A stretch of 64,000 nucleotides of DNA from Octopus bimaculoides (Eukaryota), in the NCBI RefSeq assembly GCF_001194135.2, contig NC_068992.1, positions 37,611,763-37,675,762 on the forward strand, read 5' to 3'. The translations under genes were made by a program, and so were the position numbers. The notes beneath the pieces were generated by a model. It was given only the letters and a program-made list of their open reading frames with translations, was not told the origin of the DNA and did not search any database. Every line of letters begins with the position of its first letter. Positions within the stretch are counted from its first letter, which is position 1. Shown here in pieces: positions 39,824-52,029 of this stretch.

Positions 39824-42800
39824 AATCACCCGTGCAATGGATTTTCAAATTGATTACGAAAATACTGATAGTTGACATGTCTTGTCGTATTAATTTACCA
39901 ACCGAAGGTTTCCAGAGTCAAAGGTGTTTTATGACACCAAATAGTCAAAGCCCTAGGGAAGCTAGTTGGTCAATACTGCTTTCAACAAAGGATTCCACGA
40001 GGTTTGGTGCGTGGAATGTGTGAAAATATTAGCAAAGAAATGGACAATCACAAATTGGAAATTTTGGGTTTGTGTGAAACTAGGTGGATTGATAATGGAC
40101 AAACTAAGCTAGCTTCAGGAAAAACAATTATATATTCAGGGCACAATTATGATAAGGCGCATCACACAAGGGGAGTAGCTCTGATGCTGACTAAGAAAGC
40201 GGTTAAAGCATTAATAGAATGGCAACCAATAAATGAAAGATTGATACTAGCAAAGTTTAGAATGTCTCATAAGCGGATTTTCTTAACAATCATTATGTGT
40301 TACGCCCCAACAAATGATGCTGAAGAATTAGCAAAAGTTGAATTTTATGATACTCTGCAGAGCGTAATTGAAAAACGGACTGAGAAAGAGTTGATAATGG
40401 TTATGGGTGATTTCAATGCAAAAGTCAGAAACATTAATTTAGGATATGAAGCCATTATGGGAAAACATGGTTTAGGAAGCATGAATGCAAATGGCCAGTT
40501 ATTTGCCGATTTTTGCATAAATAATGAGCTGGTCATTGGAGGAACCTTATTTCCGCACAAAGACCTTCACAAAGCTACATGGATATCGCCAGATCTGAAA
40601 ACGCAAAATCAGATCGATCACATCTGTGTAAGCTGCAAGTTTTGGAGATCACTGTTAGATGTTAGGGTAAAAAGACGGGCTGGCGCAGCCTCCGACCACC
40701 ACCTACAACTGAAGTTAAGGTCTTTAAAAGAGGAATGGAAGGTTCAACGAAAATACAATGTTGATTTACTAAAACACAAAGACACCCAAATAAAATACAG
40801 AAAAGCATTATCATGCAAATCAATGCAAATAAAAAGGATGCAAGGTAACACAATAGAACATACTTGGTTGAAAATTAAGGATGCTTTTATTTCATTATTA
40901 GAAGAATGCATAGGGTGTGTAAACAGAAAGAATAAGGCGTGGATATCACAAGAGACACTAACAGCCATAAGAAAGAAGCTAAAGGAAATATTATTATCGG
41001 CAAGCTCAGAAGTAGAGATAAATAGATGTCAGGGAAATTACAACCAACAAAATAAGAAAGTTAAAAAAACAATTAAGAAGAGACAAACGAAAATATTTCA
41101 AAAATTTAGCAACGACAGCAGAAAGTGCAGCTAAGCGCCAGAACATGAAAGAGCTGTACAACACAACTAAATTACTATCCAGGAAGAGAGTAAGAGTAGA
41201 AAAGGCAGTAAAAGAGAAGGATGGCTGGATGCTAACATCAATTCTAGAACAAAAAAAATCGATGGAAGGAGCATTTTGAAGATTTTCTCAATAGACCACC
41301 TCCAGACACAATAGCCAACATTGTGCCAAGAAATTTGGATCTTAACATCAGCCTTGACCCACCGTCCAAGTTTGAAATAAGAAAGGCTATACAATCCCTC
41401 AAGAATAGGAAAGCGGAAGGTGTAGACAATATTCCAGCTGAAGCAATGAAATCAGCTATAGAAATAGCAGTAGAAATGTTTCATCCATTATTTTCTAAGA
41501 TATGGCAGGAAGAAAATGTGCCTAATGATTGGAAAGAGGGACTCATCATAAAATTGCCAAAAAAGGGTGATTTAAGCGTTTGCGGAAATTATAGAGGGAT
41601 TATGTTATTATCGACTCCCGGAAAAGTTTTTAACAGGATACTTTTGGAGCAGATGAGGACAGCAGTCGACAAATTGTTGCGTAAAGAACAAGCCGGATTT
41701 AGGAAGAACCGTTCATGTGNNNNNNNNNNNNNNNNNNNNNNNNNNNNNNNNNNNNNNNNNNNNNNNNNNNNNNNNNNNNNNNNNNNNNNNNNNNNNNNNN
41801 NNNNNNNNNNNNNNNNNNNNNNNNNNNNNNNNNNNNNNNNNNNNNNNNNNNNNNNNNNNNNNNNNNNNNNNNNNNNNNNNNNNNNNNNNNNNNNNNNNNN
41901 NNNNNNNNNNNNNNNNNNNNNNNNNNNNNNNNNNNNNNNNNNNNNNNNNNNNNNNNNNNNNNNNNNNNNNNNNNNNNNNNNNNNNNNNNNNNNNNNNNNN
42001 NNNNNNNNNNNNNNNNNNNNNNNNNNNNNNNNNNNNNNNNNNNNNNNNNNNNNNNNNNNNNNNNNNNNNNNNNNNNNNNNNNNNNNNNNNNNNNNNNNNN
42101 NNNNNNNNNNNNNNNNNNNNNNNNNNNNNNNNNNNNNNNNNNNNNNNNNNNNNNNNNNNNNNNNNNNNNNNNNNNNNNNNNNNNNNNNNNNNNNNNNNNN
42201 NNNNNNNNNNNNNNNNNNNNNNNNNNNNNNNNNNNNNNNNNNNNNNNNNNNNNNNNNNNNNNNNNNNNNNNNNNNNNNNNNNNNNNNNNNNNNNNNNNNN
42301 NNNNNNNNNNNNNNNNNNNNNNNNNNNNNNNNNNNNNNNNNNNNNNNNNNNNNNNNNNNNNNNNNNNNNNNNNNNNNNNNNNNNNNNNNNNNNNNNNNNN
42401 NNNNNNNNNNNNNNNNNNNNNNNNNNNNNNNNNNNNNNNNNNNNNNNNNNNNNNNNNNNNNNNNNNNNNNNAATAAGAATTTTTAACAATAACGTAAAAG
42501 CGGTGTTATTGTATGGGGCTGAGACATGGCGAACAACAGTTAAATCAAATAAGCAAATACAATCATTCATCAACAAGTGCTTGCGTAGTATACTTAAAAT
42601 CAGATGGCCCGAACACATAAACAATATGGAGCTATGGCAAAGAATGAATCAAGTTTCGATTAGGGAGCAAATATTTAAGAAAAAGTGGAAGTGGATTGGT
42701 AGCACAATTAGAAAGGACACACCAAATGCAGCGAAAAGTGCTTTACAGTGGAATCCGGATGGATATAGAAAGAGGTGTAGGCCTAAGAACTCGTGGCATA

Positions 42801-42936
42801 GATCAATACAAAAGGAACTAGAGAAAGGGGGACATTCATGGCAGAGTATAAGTACAGAAGCGAAAAATTATGTGACATGGAATTCAATTATAAGTGGCCT
42901 ATACTCCGCGATGGAGGTTAAAGGCAAGAAAGAAAA
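39750..42936 (+). mobile_element. Apparently full-length RTE LINE (SR2/RTE-1-like; APE ORF 40004-41134, RT partly in gap)
   Basis: FGAWNV, LGLCETRW, MCYAPTN, GDFNAKV, QNQIDH, ASDHH; NYRGIMLLSTPGK, QAGFR; LLYGAETW. (aaga)n tail; TSD-like gaaaaagt(t)atctc at 39741-39754 and 42937-42949. Confidence 0.9.
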
Positions 42937-44639
42937 GAAAAAGTATCTCACAGATCACTGTAGTTATATAATGTAACACAGGGAACAACTTCACACATCA
43001 TCAAGAAGATTTCAGGAAAAAACTAGAGAAGCAATTTGGTGACAAGATTCAAAAATCTGAAACAGCAACTCACACCTAGAGCTGAAAAAACTAAAATATG
43101 AATCTACAACATATAAATGGCAAATGCTCGATAAATCATTTGCCAGAGATCCCAAAGACAGCCTATTGCAGCTTCAATGCAAAAGGCTCAATCTCTGTAA
43201 AAGACCTCACACACACACAAAATTAGGTTGAGGGTTACAAGAGATCTGTATAGGAAACAAATGAAGAATTCAACAAACAAGCTGTGTGGCTAAAAGAACT
43301 GGAGCAGGACTACTGCAAGCATGTCCAGCAACAATAAAGTGAAATAGATGGTGAAATACTGGAAACAGTTCCACGAAAAATGTCAAACAGAAAATCCATG
43401 AGTCCAGACCTCATAACAAGTTACTGGCTGAAGAATTTCATCTGTTATGATGAGATCTTATACAGTTGTATGGAGAAAGTATCAAGCACACACAAGAACT
43501 GTCCCAATGGTTACCAACTGCAACTAATCTTCTCATCCCCACAAATAGCCAAGCTATCCTTACTAAAAATTACTACCTACCAGAACATCAGGTACAAATG
43601 GTACACTGTGTGCTTCAATCTGTTCGTGCAGAATCATTGTGCCACCAACAACATTATAACATCTGAGCAAGCTGAAAGAAAATGCAGATGTGGGGATGTA
43701 TAGAGCTATTAATAAACAAAATGATCCAGGAAGGAAGAGAAAAATACCACAGGAACTTAACTGTAGTGTGGTCGACTACCAGAAGGCTTTTGATAGTATA
43801 TCACAAGGGCTTTACAATTAGCCAAAGTCCCACAGCCACTAATAACTGCTATAGAATACCTGACCAAGACTTGGTATACCACTTTGCTTCTTAGGAGTGA
43901 TAAGGAACAAATTGAGTCTTATAGCATTCACTACTAAAAAGACATTTTTCAGAGTGATAGCCTGTCAGTGCTGTGCTACATCCTCTCATTAAAGCTATTT
44001 TCATACCAGCTCACCAAACACAGTGGCCATAGAAATGGATCCAGAAATGTCTCCCATCATCTCTTTGTCAATAACCTGAAACTGTATGGGCCAAATATCA
44101 ACCACATATAAAAAAACAATCGGACCTCATTACCTAATTTTCTACAGACATTGGAATGAAATTTGATTAGTTCAAATGTGCATTTTTGACAATAAAATGT
44201 GAAAAAGTTGTGCCAAGAAATGAACAGCTTGACAATATAATCTCTACACTCAGGTAACAATTATAGGTATCTTGGACAGGATGAGAATGTCAGATATGAT
44301 GAACCCCATAAATAAAGTGAGGGGTCCAAGAATAAATACATACGGAGAGTAAAGAGAATATGGTCATTAGAACTCTCAGCTTTCTCACAACACTTTTGTA
44401 GTGCCAGTCCTCATACCTATGGTTGGCCTTCTGAATTGGTCATTACAAGAACTCGGTGAAGTAGATGTTCAAATTTGCATGCTGTTCATTGTTACAGGAA
44501 ACTTCACCATCAACCGAGATGCACAAGGATGGTGCTCATGGTCTCAAATCTGTATTAATGTTATATGAAGCACATATTTTGACACTGAAACATCTGCATC
44601 AGTAACTATCTTGCCCCAGTATCTCATCACCATCTTTCT

Positions 44640-46520
44640 GAACCAGTTCAACAACAATGACATCATTCCCAAAGGCTGTGCAAGCCTTTTGATTACAGTA
44701 AAATTACTACAACCTCATAGTTCAAAACATAAGTGCAAAGGGAGAAGATGGTGAGCCATAGATTGCATGCAGTAGGTGATACAGAGATTTTGAATTTGCT
44801 AGTAGATGTCTGAATTTCACAGGCTTTTTTACACCACCACATCTTTTACTGTACCTTAACTTTGCACTCTTTGAAATTTTTCTCTAGGCTACACCATTCA
44901 CATCCCAGCACAGTACAAGACAGCAATTTGTGAAGTACCACTTCCCTTTTCTTCCAACAACTTTGTTTTCTTTGGATTAGTCCTGGTTTTTTCTTTCAAT
45001 AAATCCAAATGTAGAAGAAGCAGCTTCATAGAGCTGTTTATTAAAGCTTACGTGTGGATCACCATTGTGATTTAGATTGATCACTAGAAGTGCTTCATGG
45101 TACTGTTCAAGCTTTTCAGGGTAGTTTAATTTAGAAACATCAATTTGTTTAGGTGCCTTTTACTGTCACATCCCAGCTTCTTACAGATGAATCCAACTCC
45201 ACATGCACGAGAAAGATTTTATATCTCATTGGTCTTTTCTACAGACAATTACATAATTGAGAAAGCGCTAGTAACCTGAACATGGAAACGCCCAAGCAGC
45301 ACTATATTCCTCCTTTTGCCTGAACCAGGTATTTGTTATCCCTAACTCTAACTCCTGGCACAGCTGTAACAGGAGTATCTCATTTGCTGCATTTCACTTC
45401 CCCATTCCGTGACTTCTTATGCTACTCCAAAGTTCAGAACCATGTCCCACACAGGCATTTAGATCCATCAGAAGTACAAGTTTGTCATTCTTATCAACAT
45501 TTCTCAGAATTGTTCTCAGATGACCATAAAAGCTGTTTATGTCATCCTGGAAACTAAAAAGAGTTGACACATAAACACTAATCATTGTCAAAAATTATTT
45601 TGAGTTGAGTGGCAACTGTCATGTCATTATATGTGCAGAGAAACCTTGAGGAAGTTCAGTTAAATGCTACACTAAGTGCATTTTAACATCAAAATAGACA
45701 CCAACATTTTGATGTAGATTGTCTGATCTCTCCCTTGTAAAATAATATGTAGCTTGACTCTGGCTCTTCTAACTGGCTATCATTAGAAAGCCTCATTCTG
45801 AGAGTGCAACTACATCGAGAGTTATATCAAGAAAATTCCCTATATATAAAAGTGGTAGAGTGCTCAGAATGACTGGTTGCTGGCAAGTCTAAAAGAGCAC
45901 TTATTTTTCCAGCATGCAATCTTTTAAGATTTGATATTTTCAATGATGTCATTTGTCCAAAATTTGATACAAAGGTTTGTAGATCATTTGTATTTTTCCC
46001 ACATGATTGAACAACTGCTAGCCATGGTGTGCTGGCCAGTTTAGTAGTGGCAAGCTTCGTTTAGAGACCAACTTTTCTAGGTCTATCTTGTCAGCAGGTG
46101 AGAAGTGCTATCCCTGAAAAGGGTTGCTTAGTCACTCTGTGTACTGTTGAATCTCTCTATCACCACTTTTGAAGATGAAGTGACCAATATCCCAATTTGC
46201 CTACAAGCAGGTTAGCAATTACATACTCCCAGCTTGTTAGACTTGTATGCATCACAAAGCTCCCATTACTGCAAAGCATTTTGTACATCTATGTGTTGTT
46301 TCAAGAATCCAAGAAGTTCCTGTGTGTGAATTTATTTTAAGTGAATAAAGTGTTGCACAGTACTGAACCCACTTTTCAGGACAACCAACTATAACACCAG
46401 TGGCACAAAAGAGGTTGAGCTGACCAGAAAACCAACTGCACTTCAGGTTTTTTTATATGAGTTTCCCTTCTCCTAAAAGGTAGTTCTAATGAGAATTAGG
46501 CATCCTTCACTTCCAGTGAT
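44640..46520 (-). mobile_element. 5' portion of RTE LINE (5' UTR + APE), decayed
   Basis: FYGHLRTILRNVDKNDKLVLLMDLNACVG. 5' UTR motif taggagaagggaaactc, also seen at 52090. Confidence 0.7.
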
Positions 46521-46819
46521 CAGGAGAGTTCATTCATTCTGTGACAAGTTTTGTTTTACATCCTACAGGATCAACAAATATTGCGATTTTTACCAAGTAG
46601 GTTTAGTAGGGTTGCCATTTTAATCACCAACCATGCACTAACTGTGCAATAGGTTGTACTAACTTACATGATACCTGTAGTACTAAGAGTGACCTGACAT
46701 GCATGCATGCATACATACATACATATGTATGCATGTATGTATGTATGCATGTACGTATGTATGTATATACATACATACAAACATACATATGTACATATAT
46801 ATGTATGCTGCCAAGGGTA

Positions 46820-47590
46820 TGCATGAGATGTAAAAGAGTCTTGACCTACTTACAACATTCTCAAAGAAAACAGGGTTGGAGTTTGGTCTGGATAAATGTT
46901 GCAATATGGTTGTGAAAAGAGGGAAAACTGGAAACCAGACTAGCAACATTTCTATCAATGAGATAACTGTTTCTCCTATATCTGATGAGGAATGTTATAA
47001 ATATCTAGGGGTGGATGAAAACATATCTTACAATGGTATCTGTAACAAGACACATGTCACTAAAGACTATAACAAGTGGATAAAGAAAAAATGGTCCTTG
47101 GAACTCTTTGCATTCAATACAACAGTGGCTCACAATGTGTTTGCAATGCCATCCGAGCTATTGATGTGGAAACCTGGAAGATACTGACCAACACAAATAA
47201 TTTTCACATCAACAGTGATATAAAACAAAAACAAGGAGGCAGGAGCTTAACACCAATCCAGAGAGTCTTTCTATGTCATATCATATCCCTTGGACAGCAT
47301 CTTTCAACCACCAAGTGTCGAAGTGCAACCCTTGAACAAGTTTGCATACATGAGACAGAAAACATCATGAGACTTGGAAAGCAGCTCCTTGAACAACATT
47401 CCTTGTCTGATTACCTTGAATACATGCCCAAAGAAGTTGCAGGACTTTACCATAGCACACCAGTCAGATGAATGTATATCAGCAGAAAAACATGTATAGA
47501 TATGTTAGCACAAAGCTCCAGGATGATAATAACATTAACAATCAAAACAGTCTACCATGGGCCAACAACCAGATTACTCTTACTTTGAAA
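46820..47590 (+). mobile_element. Internally deleted R4/Dong-like fragment
   Basis: MEFGLDKCC...CYKYLGVDENISY, paralogous to 48590-49240; bounded by (ATGT)/(CATA) tracts. Confidence 0.8.
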
Positions 47591-47596
47591 AAGTTT

Positions 47597-47960
47597 TGCA
47601 CACATACAGACATACATGCAAAAATACCCTCTTGATGTTGAAATTTCTATGAAGAATCTAGGTTAGAAACCAGCTCTTTCTCTGTTGACAAGAAATCTTG
47701 ACATAAAATTGAATAATGATATATTCATACATACATACATGCATGCATATGTACGTATATACATACATACATGCATACATACAAACCAAAATATCCTGTT
47801 GTTGATATTGAAATTCCAATGAAGGAGCTTTAGGTCTAGGTTAGAAACTGGTTCTTTCTCTATTGGCAAGAAATCTTGAAATAAACTGAATACATGCATA
47901 CATACATACATACATACATACATACATACATACACACACACTCATACATACATACATACA
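47597..47960 (+). repeat. Two tandem ~110-bp Dong 3'-UTR-like units separated by (CATA)n
   Basis: aaaatac/tcctgttgttgatrttgaaattccaatgaaggagc...gttagaaacyggttctttctctattggcaagaaatcttga; the unit also occurs at 54720-54830 and, diverged, at ~61240-61290 (-). Confidence 0.8.
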
Positions 47961-50118
47961 TACATACCACACTGCTAGCTCTGGCAGAGACAAAATTGAT
48001 CCCCAAATGCAGAACCACCCACATGGCAAAAAACTACTGGCTAACTGCATGCCAGAACTTAATGTATAAAATATATACAGCATGTTTAAACTTCTAATAA
48101 TATCATCACAGCAGAACAAGCAGCTGGGAAGAAGGGAGTCTGGGGATGTACCGAGCAATTGCTAATCAACAAAACTGTGATGTCAGAGGCGTGAGAGCAT
48201 AAGAGGAACCTAGTTTCAATGTGGCTAGATTACAAGAAAGCCTTTGACACTGTTCCCCACTCATAGATACTAGAAGCCCTTCAACTGAAACCCTATTCCA
48301 GTGAGAATAGTCAAAGCCATAGCAGACCTGACTTTATCGTGAGCCACCATCTTGAAATTAAACACAAAGAGTGACTGTATTATCACTGATAGAATACAAT
48401 ATCGCAAAGGTATTTTTCAAGGAGACAGCCTCTCTGTGATGCTGTTTATACTTTCTGTAAACCTCTTGTCATTCATGTTAAGGAAGTCTGAAGGGTACCT
48501 CACTGATTGACAAGGAAACAGAAATACCAAAATTACGCACTGTTTCTCTGTGGATGACTTAAAACTATGCAAAGAATACGCATGTGATGAAAAAGAGCCT
48601 TGAGCTAGTTGCAACATTCTCAAAGGATGTAGGGTTACAGTTTGGTCAGAATAAATGTTGTTATATGACTGTGAAAAGGAGGAAAACTATAAACCAGACT
48701 AGTAGCTTCTCAGTCAATGATTTGACTGTTTCCCCTGTATCTGATGAGGAATGTTACAGGTATCTAGGGGTAGATGAAAATATATCTTACAGTGGCACTT
48801 ATAACAAAACACGTGTCAGTATAGAATATTACAGTCAAATACAGAAAATTTGGACCTCAGAACTCTCTGCATTCAATAAAACAGTAGCCCACAATGTGTT
48901 TGCAGTGACAGTACTCATACCAACATGTGGGCTGCTTGATTGGATGCTTGATGAGATCCGAGCCATTGATGTGAAAACCCGAAGAATACTAACAAGCACT
49001 CATAATTTCCACATAAACAAGGCAGCAGAGGCTTAACATTGATCCAAAATGCCTTTGGCAACATCTTTTAACCACCAAGCATCGAAGTGCATCCTTTGAC
49101 CAAGTTTGCATACATGAAGTCAATAACATCATAAGACTTGGAAGGCAACTTCTTGAGCAACACTTTTTGTCTGATAACCTAGGATACATGCCCAAAGAAG
49201 TCACATAACTCCACTGCAACATATCATCAGATGAAAGGATGAGCCTATATGAGCAGAATACAATGCATGGCTATGTTAGTAGAAAGCTCCGTGATAATAG
49301 TAACATCAATCATCAAAGCAGTTTATCATGGACCAACAGCTGGATCATGACCTCCCACATTGAAGGGTATGCATTTGCAATCCAGGAACAGGAAATATCA
49401 ACCAAGTACCTGATGCACAAAAGGGATAGAGATGTGGGAAAAGCAAGAAAATGTGACAATCAATGCAGACTTTGTGGAGTTAACACTGAAGATATCACCC
49501 ACATCATAAGCAGTTGTCCGAAACTGTCATCATGGTATTATCTACCGATGAGACATGATGTTGTAGCTAGGACATTCTATAATGAAACCCGTCGGAAGGA
49601 TAATCCCGAGGACAAAGAAATAAAAACCCACAATATGGTAGAAACCATAGTCACTCATAATAAAGAGTACTGGTGGAATGTCCCAGTGAAGACATCAATA
49701 AAATGTAAGCACAACAGACCTGATATAATGATTTGGGATAGAGAAGAGAAACTGTGCATAGTTGTAGAAATTAGCTGCCCAGCAGATGTTAACATAAAGC
49801 TGAAGATCAGTGAAAAAGAGAACACCTATGCTGAACTATTGAGAAATGTACAGTTACTCTATCCAGATTACAAGTTCAGGTTTATACCTGTAATTATTGG
49901 GGCCCTGGTATATGTAAAACACTGCCTAAATACCAACCTTGAGAAATTAGGCTTCTCAAAACCAGAAAGGAGAAAGCTAATTCAGAGGCTACAGATCCAA
50001 TCCATCACTGGAACTGTAAAAATCTGTAAAACTTACCAGAAGTTTATCATTTAAAATTATATAAGAGCATATCTCGATATGTCTAGATACATGAAACATA
50101 CAAATCTGCACATACATA
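47960..50118 (+). mobile_element. 5'-truncated R4/Dong-like non-LTR retrotransposon (RT + CCHC + RLE)
   Basis: WLDYKKAFDTVPH, IFQGDSLS, SVDDLK. ORF 49239-50054 has CRLCG...HIISSC, RHDVVA, RPDIMIWD...VEISCP, IPVIIGALV. Confidence 0.9.
49239..50054 (+). CDS. Uninterrupted 271-aa C-terminal zinc knuckle + restriction-like endonuclease domain of the Dong/R4 element
   Basis: ORF track; CCHC, RHD and PD-(D/E)xK-type motifs. The upstream RT is frameshifted. Confidence 0.8.
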   Translation: MSLYEQNTMHGYVSRKLRDNSNINHQSSLSWTNSWIMTSHIEGYAFAIQEQEISTKYLMHKRDRDVGKARKCDNQCRLCGVNTEDITHIISSCPKLSSWYYLPMRHDVVARTFYNETRRKDNPEDKEIKTHNMVETIVTHNKEYWWNVPVKTSIKCKHNRPDIMIWDREEKLCIVVEISCPADVNIKLKISEKENTYAELLRNVQLLYPDYKFRFIPVIIGALVYVKHCLNTNLEKLGFSKPERRKLIQRLQIQSITGTVKICKTYQKFII

Positions 50119-50119
50119 C

Positions 50120-51330
50120 TTGGTGGTGGTTGTCTACTCCTTACGCAGAGTTTGACCACCTCCTGTATCTACACCTTAGTACCATAATGGTATCTCATGT
50201 GGGTTTTTAAACCACGCAATGTTCTGAAAAGACACCCACATAGATTGCACATCCGATTTGAACCACCAAGAGCTGCAGATAAGTTCTGATACTTGTAGAT
50301 CTTAAAATGTCTTTTGAGGCCTCCGTTAGATTTGCAAACTTTCTGGCATACACTGCATTCAAAGGTGTGCACAGACATATAGGCAGAATAGTTGGTGGAG
50401 GTTGGTTTTCCATGGGTTTGCAAATGAGATTTGATCCCAGCAAAAGACAGGCATTGTCTGTCACACACTGTGCACACAAAAAGGTCATTGTCATTCACCT
50501 TCTCAGTCGTAACATTCTTCCTTAGAACTCTTTTGAGTCTTCCATACATTATCCTGGCCTCTTCAAATGCTTTCACTCCACTCCACACTTTTGTTCACCA
50601 TCCAACTCAATCCAAAGCAAAGGTTTCTATGTCTTCTGGATCCATTCCAAGTGACTTCATAGTAGTCCTTATGCTATCTTTATACCTTTTTTTTATGCTG
50701 TTTTGAAACCTTTTTATAGGTTTACGCCGATAGCATTTCCCCTCTGCAAGCTCACCATAAAACAGCTGTTTCAGCATGCATTCAGCCACCATTCGAACAA
50801 TATGGTCACACCATCTCATTTGGTTCCTCAAAATCATAGCTTTAATTGAGGTGATGCCTGCAGAAGCAAAGACATCTGTGTTTGGAGTAAAAGAGCTCCA
50901 TATAATGTTTAAAATGCGATGAAGGCATTTTTTGTTGAATTGTTCTAACAATTTAAAATGCCTTTCATAACAAGTCCAAGTTTCACAGGAATACAACAGG
51001 GATAGTAAGACAAATGATTTGTAAAGATCCAGCTTTGTAGTCTTATTTATATGTTGCTGGCACCAAATGCGTGACTCCAAGCCACCAAATGTTTTTGCTG
51101 TGCGTTGAATTTGCAGATGTATTTCTGTATCAGGATTTCCAACATTTTGTACAGAGCTTCCAAAGTAGATGAACAAATCAACAACATCAAGTAACTTACC
51201 CTTAACAAAAATTTTAGGTGGGGTTACAAACAGCACCACACACAGGTTGATGCATTACAACTGTTTTTTATTTTCAAGTTGATGGTCAAGCCAAAACCAT
51301 CACAAGCTGAGTCAAATGCAGATACAAGAG
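50120..51330 (-). mobile_element. 3' half of BovB-like RTE with three C-terminal C2H2 fingers
   Basis: FIYFGS, LLYSCETW, QLFYGEL; CTVC...HLQTH, CSVC...HFKIY, CNLC...HMRYH. Confidence 0.85.
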
Positions 51331-51399
51331 ATTGCAGACCTGTTTCAGAATGACTAACAAGATCACTATCATCAGCATATATATGTCAGCAATTGTCAG

Positions 51400-51600
51400 C
51401 ATATATATCCCAGGTGGCTCTTGGGTGCTACTGATAACATGTAATCCAGTACAACCTGTCACATGGTTCGGCCATCAGAGACTAAACTGGCAACCCCACC
51501 AGGTTTGCTTGGTGAGGAGGGTGTTGTTGGACACCCTGTGGGATGAAAAATAAGACCCATCAAAGGGTGAAGGAACTCCTAAACAGTCAACGGCTATCCA
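51400..51600 (+). mobile_element. Isolated 5' UTR fragment of BovB-like RTE
   Basis: gtgctactgataacatgtaatccagtacaacctg...gactaaactggca matches the reverse complement of 58978-59092. Confidence 0.75.
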
Positions 51601-52029
51601 TCAAAATACCTGTAAATATGTATACAGCTTTTGTTGTTTTTTCTTATATGTATATATATATACATTTTTACCTTTATATATATAATATTTATATTTAAAT
51701 CTTATTTTATATTTTTCAATTGCATGTCTTTTACTTCTTTTTATATTTATATATATTATTTATATTTAATTCTTATTTAATTCTTATTCACACATTTACC
51801 TTTCTTTTATATGCATATATATGTATATTTTTACTTTTATATACATATTTATATTTATTGCATATCTTTTTACATTTTTATACTTATATATATTATTTAT
51901 ATTTAATTCTTATTTACATTTGCAAATCACATATTGTACTGTTTTTTTATGTATGAATGAGCTACTCTGCATCAGTCACCGGAGTGATATTTGATCACTT
52001 TATAGAGTGTTTGAGTGTCAGTTTGGTGT

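Larger units (their letters stand above)
38870..44620 (+). mobile_element. Decayed R4/Dong-like RLE non-LTR element interrupted by an RTE
   Basis: 42950-44620 has KSMSPDLITSYWLKN, DYQKAFDSI, IFQSDSLS, HHLFVNNLKLY, YRYLGQDEN. Assignment of the 38870-39740 segment is tentative. Confidence 0.65.

Noticed and set aside
41713-42976. Long X-filled ORFs (also 55273-59078 alternates, 60591-61204)
   Set aside because: Artefacts of translating N gaps.
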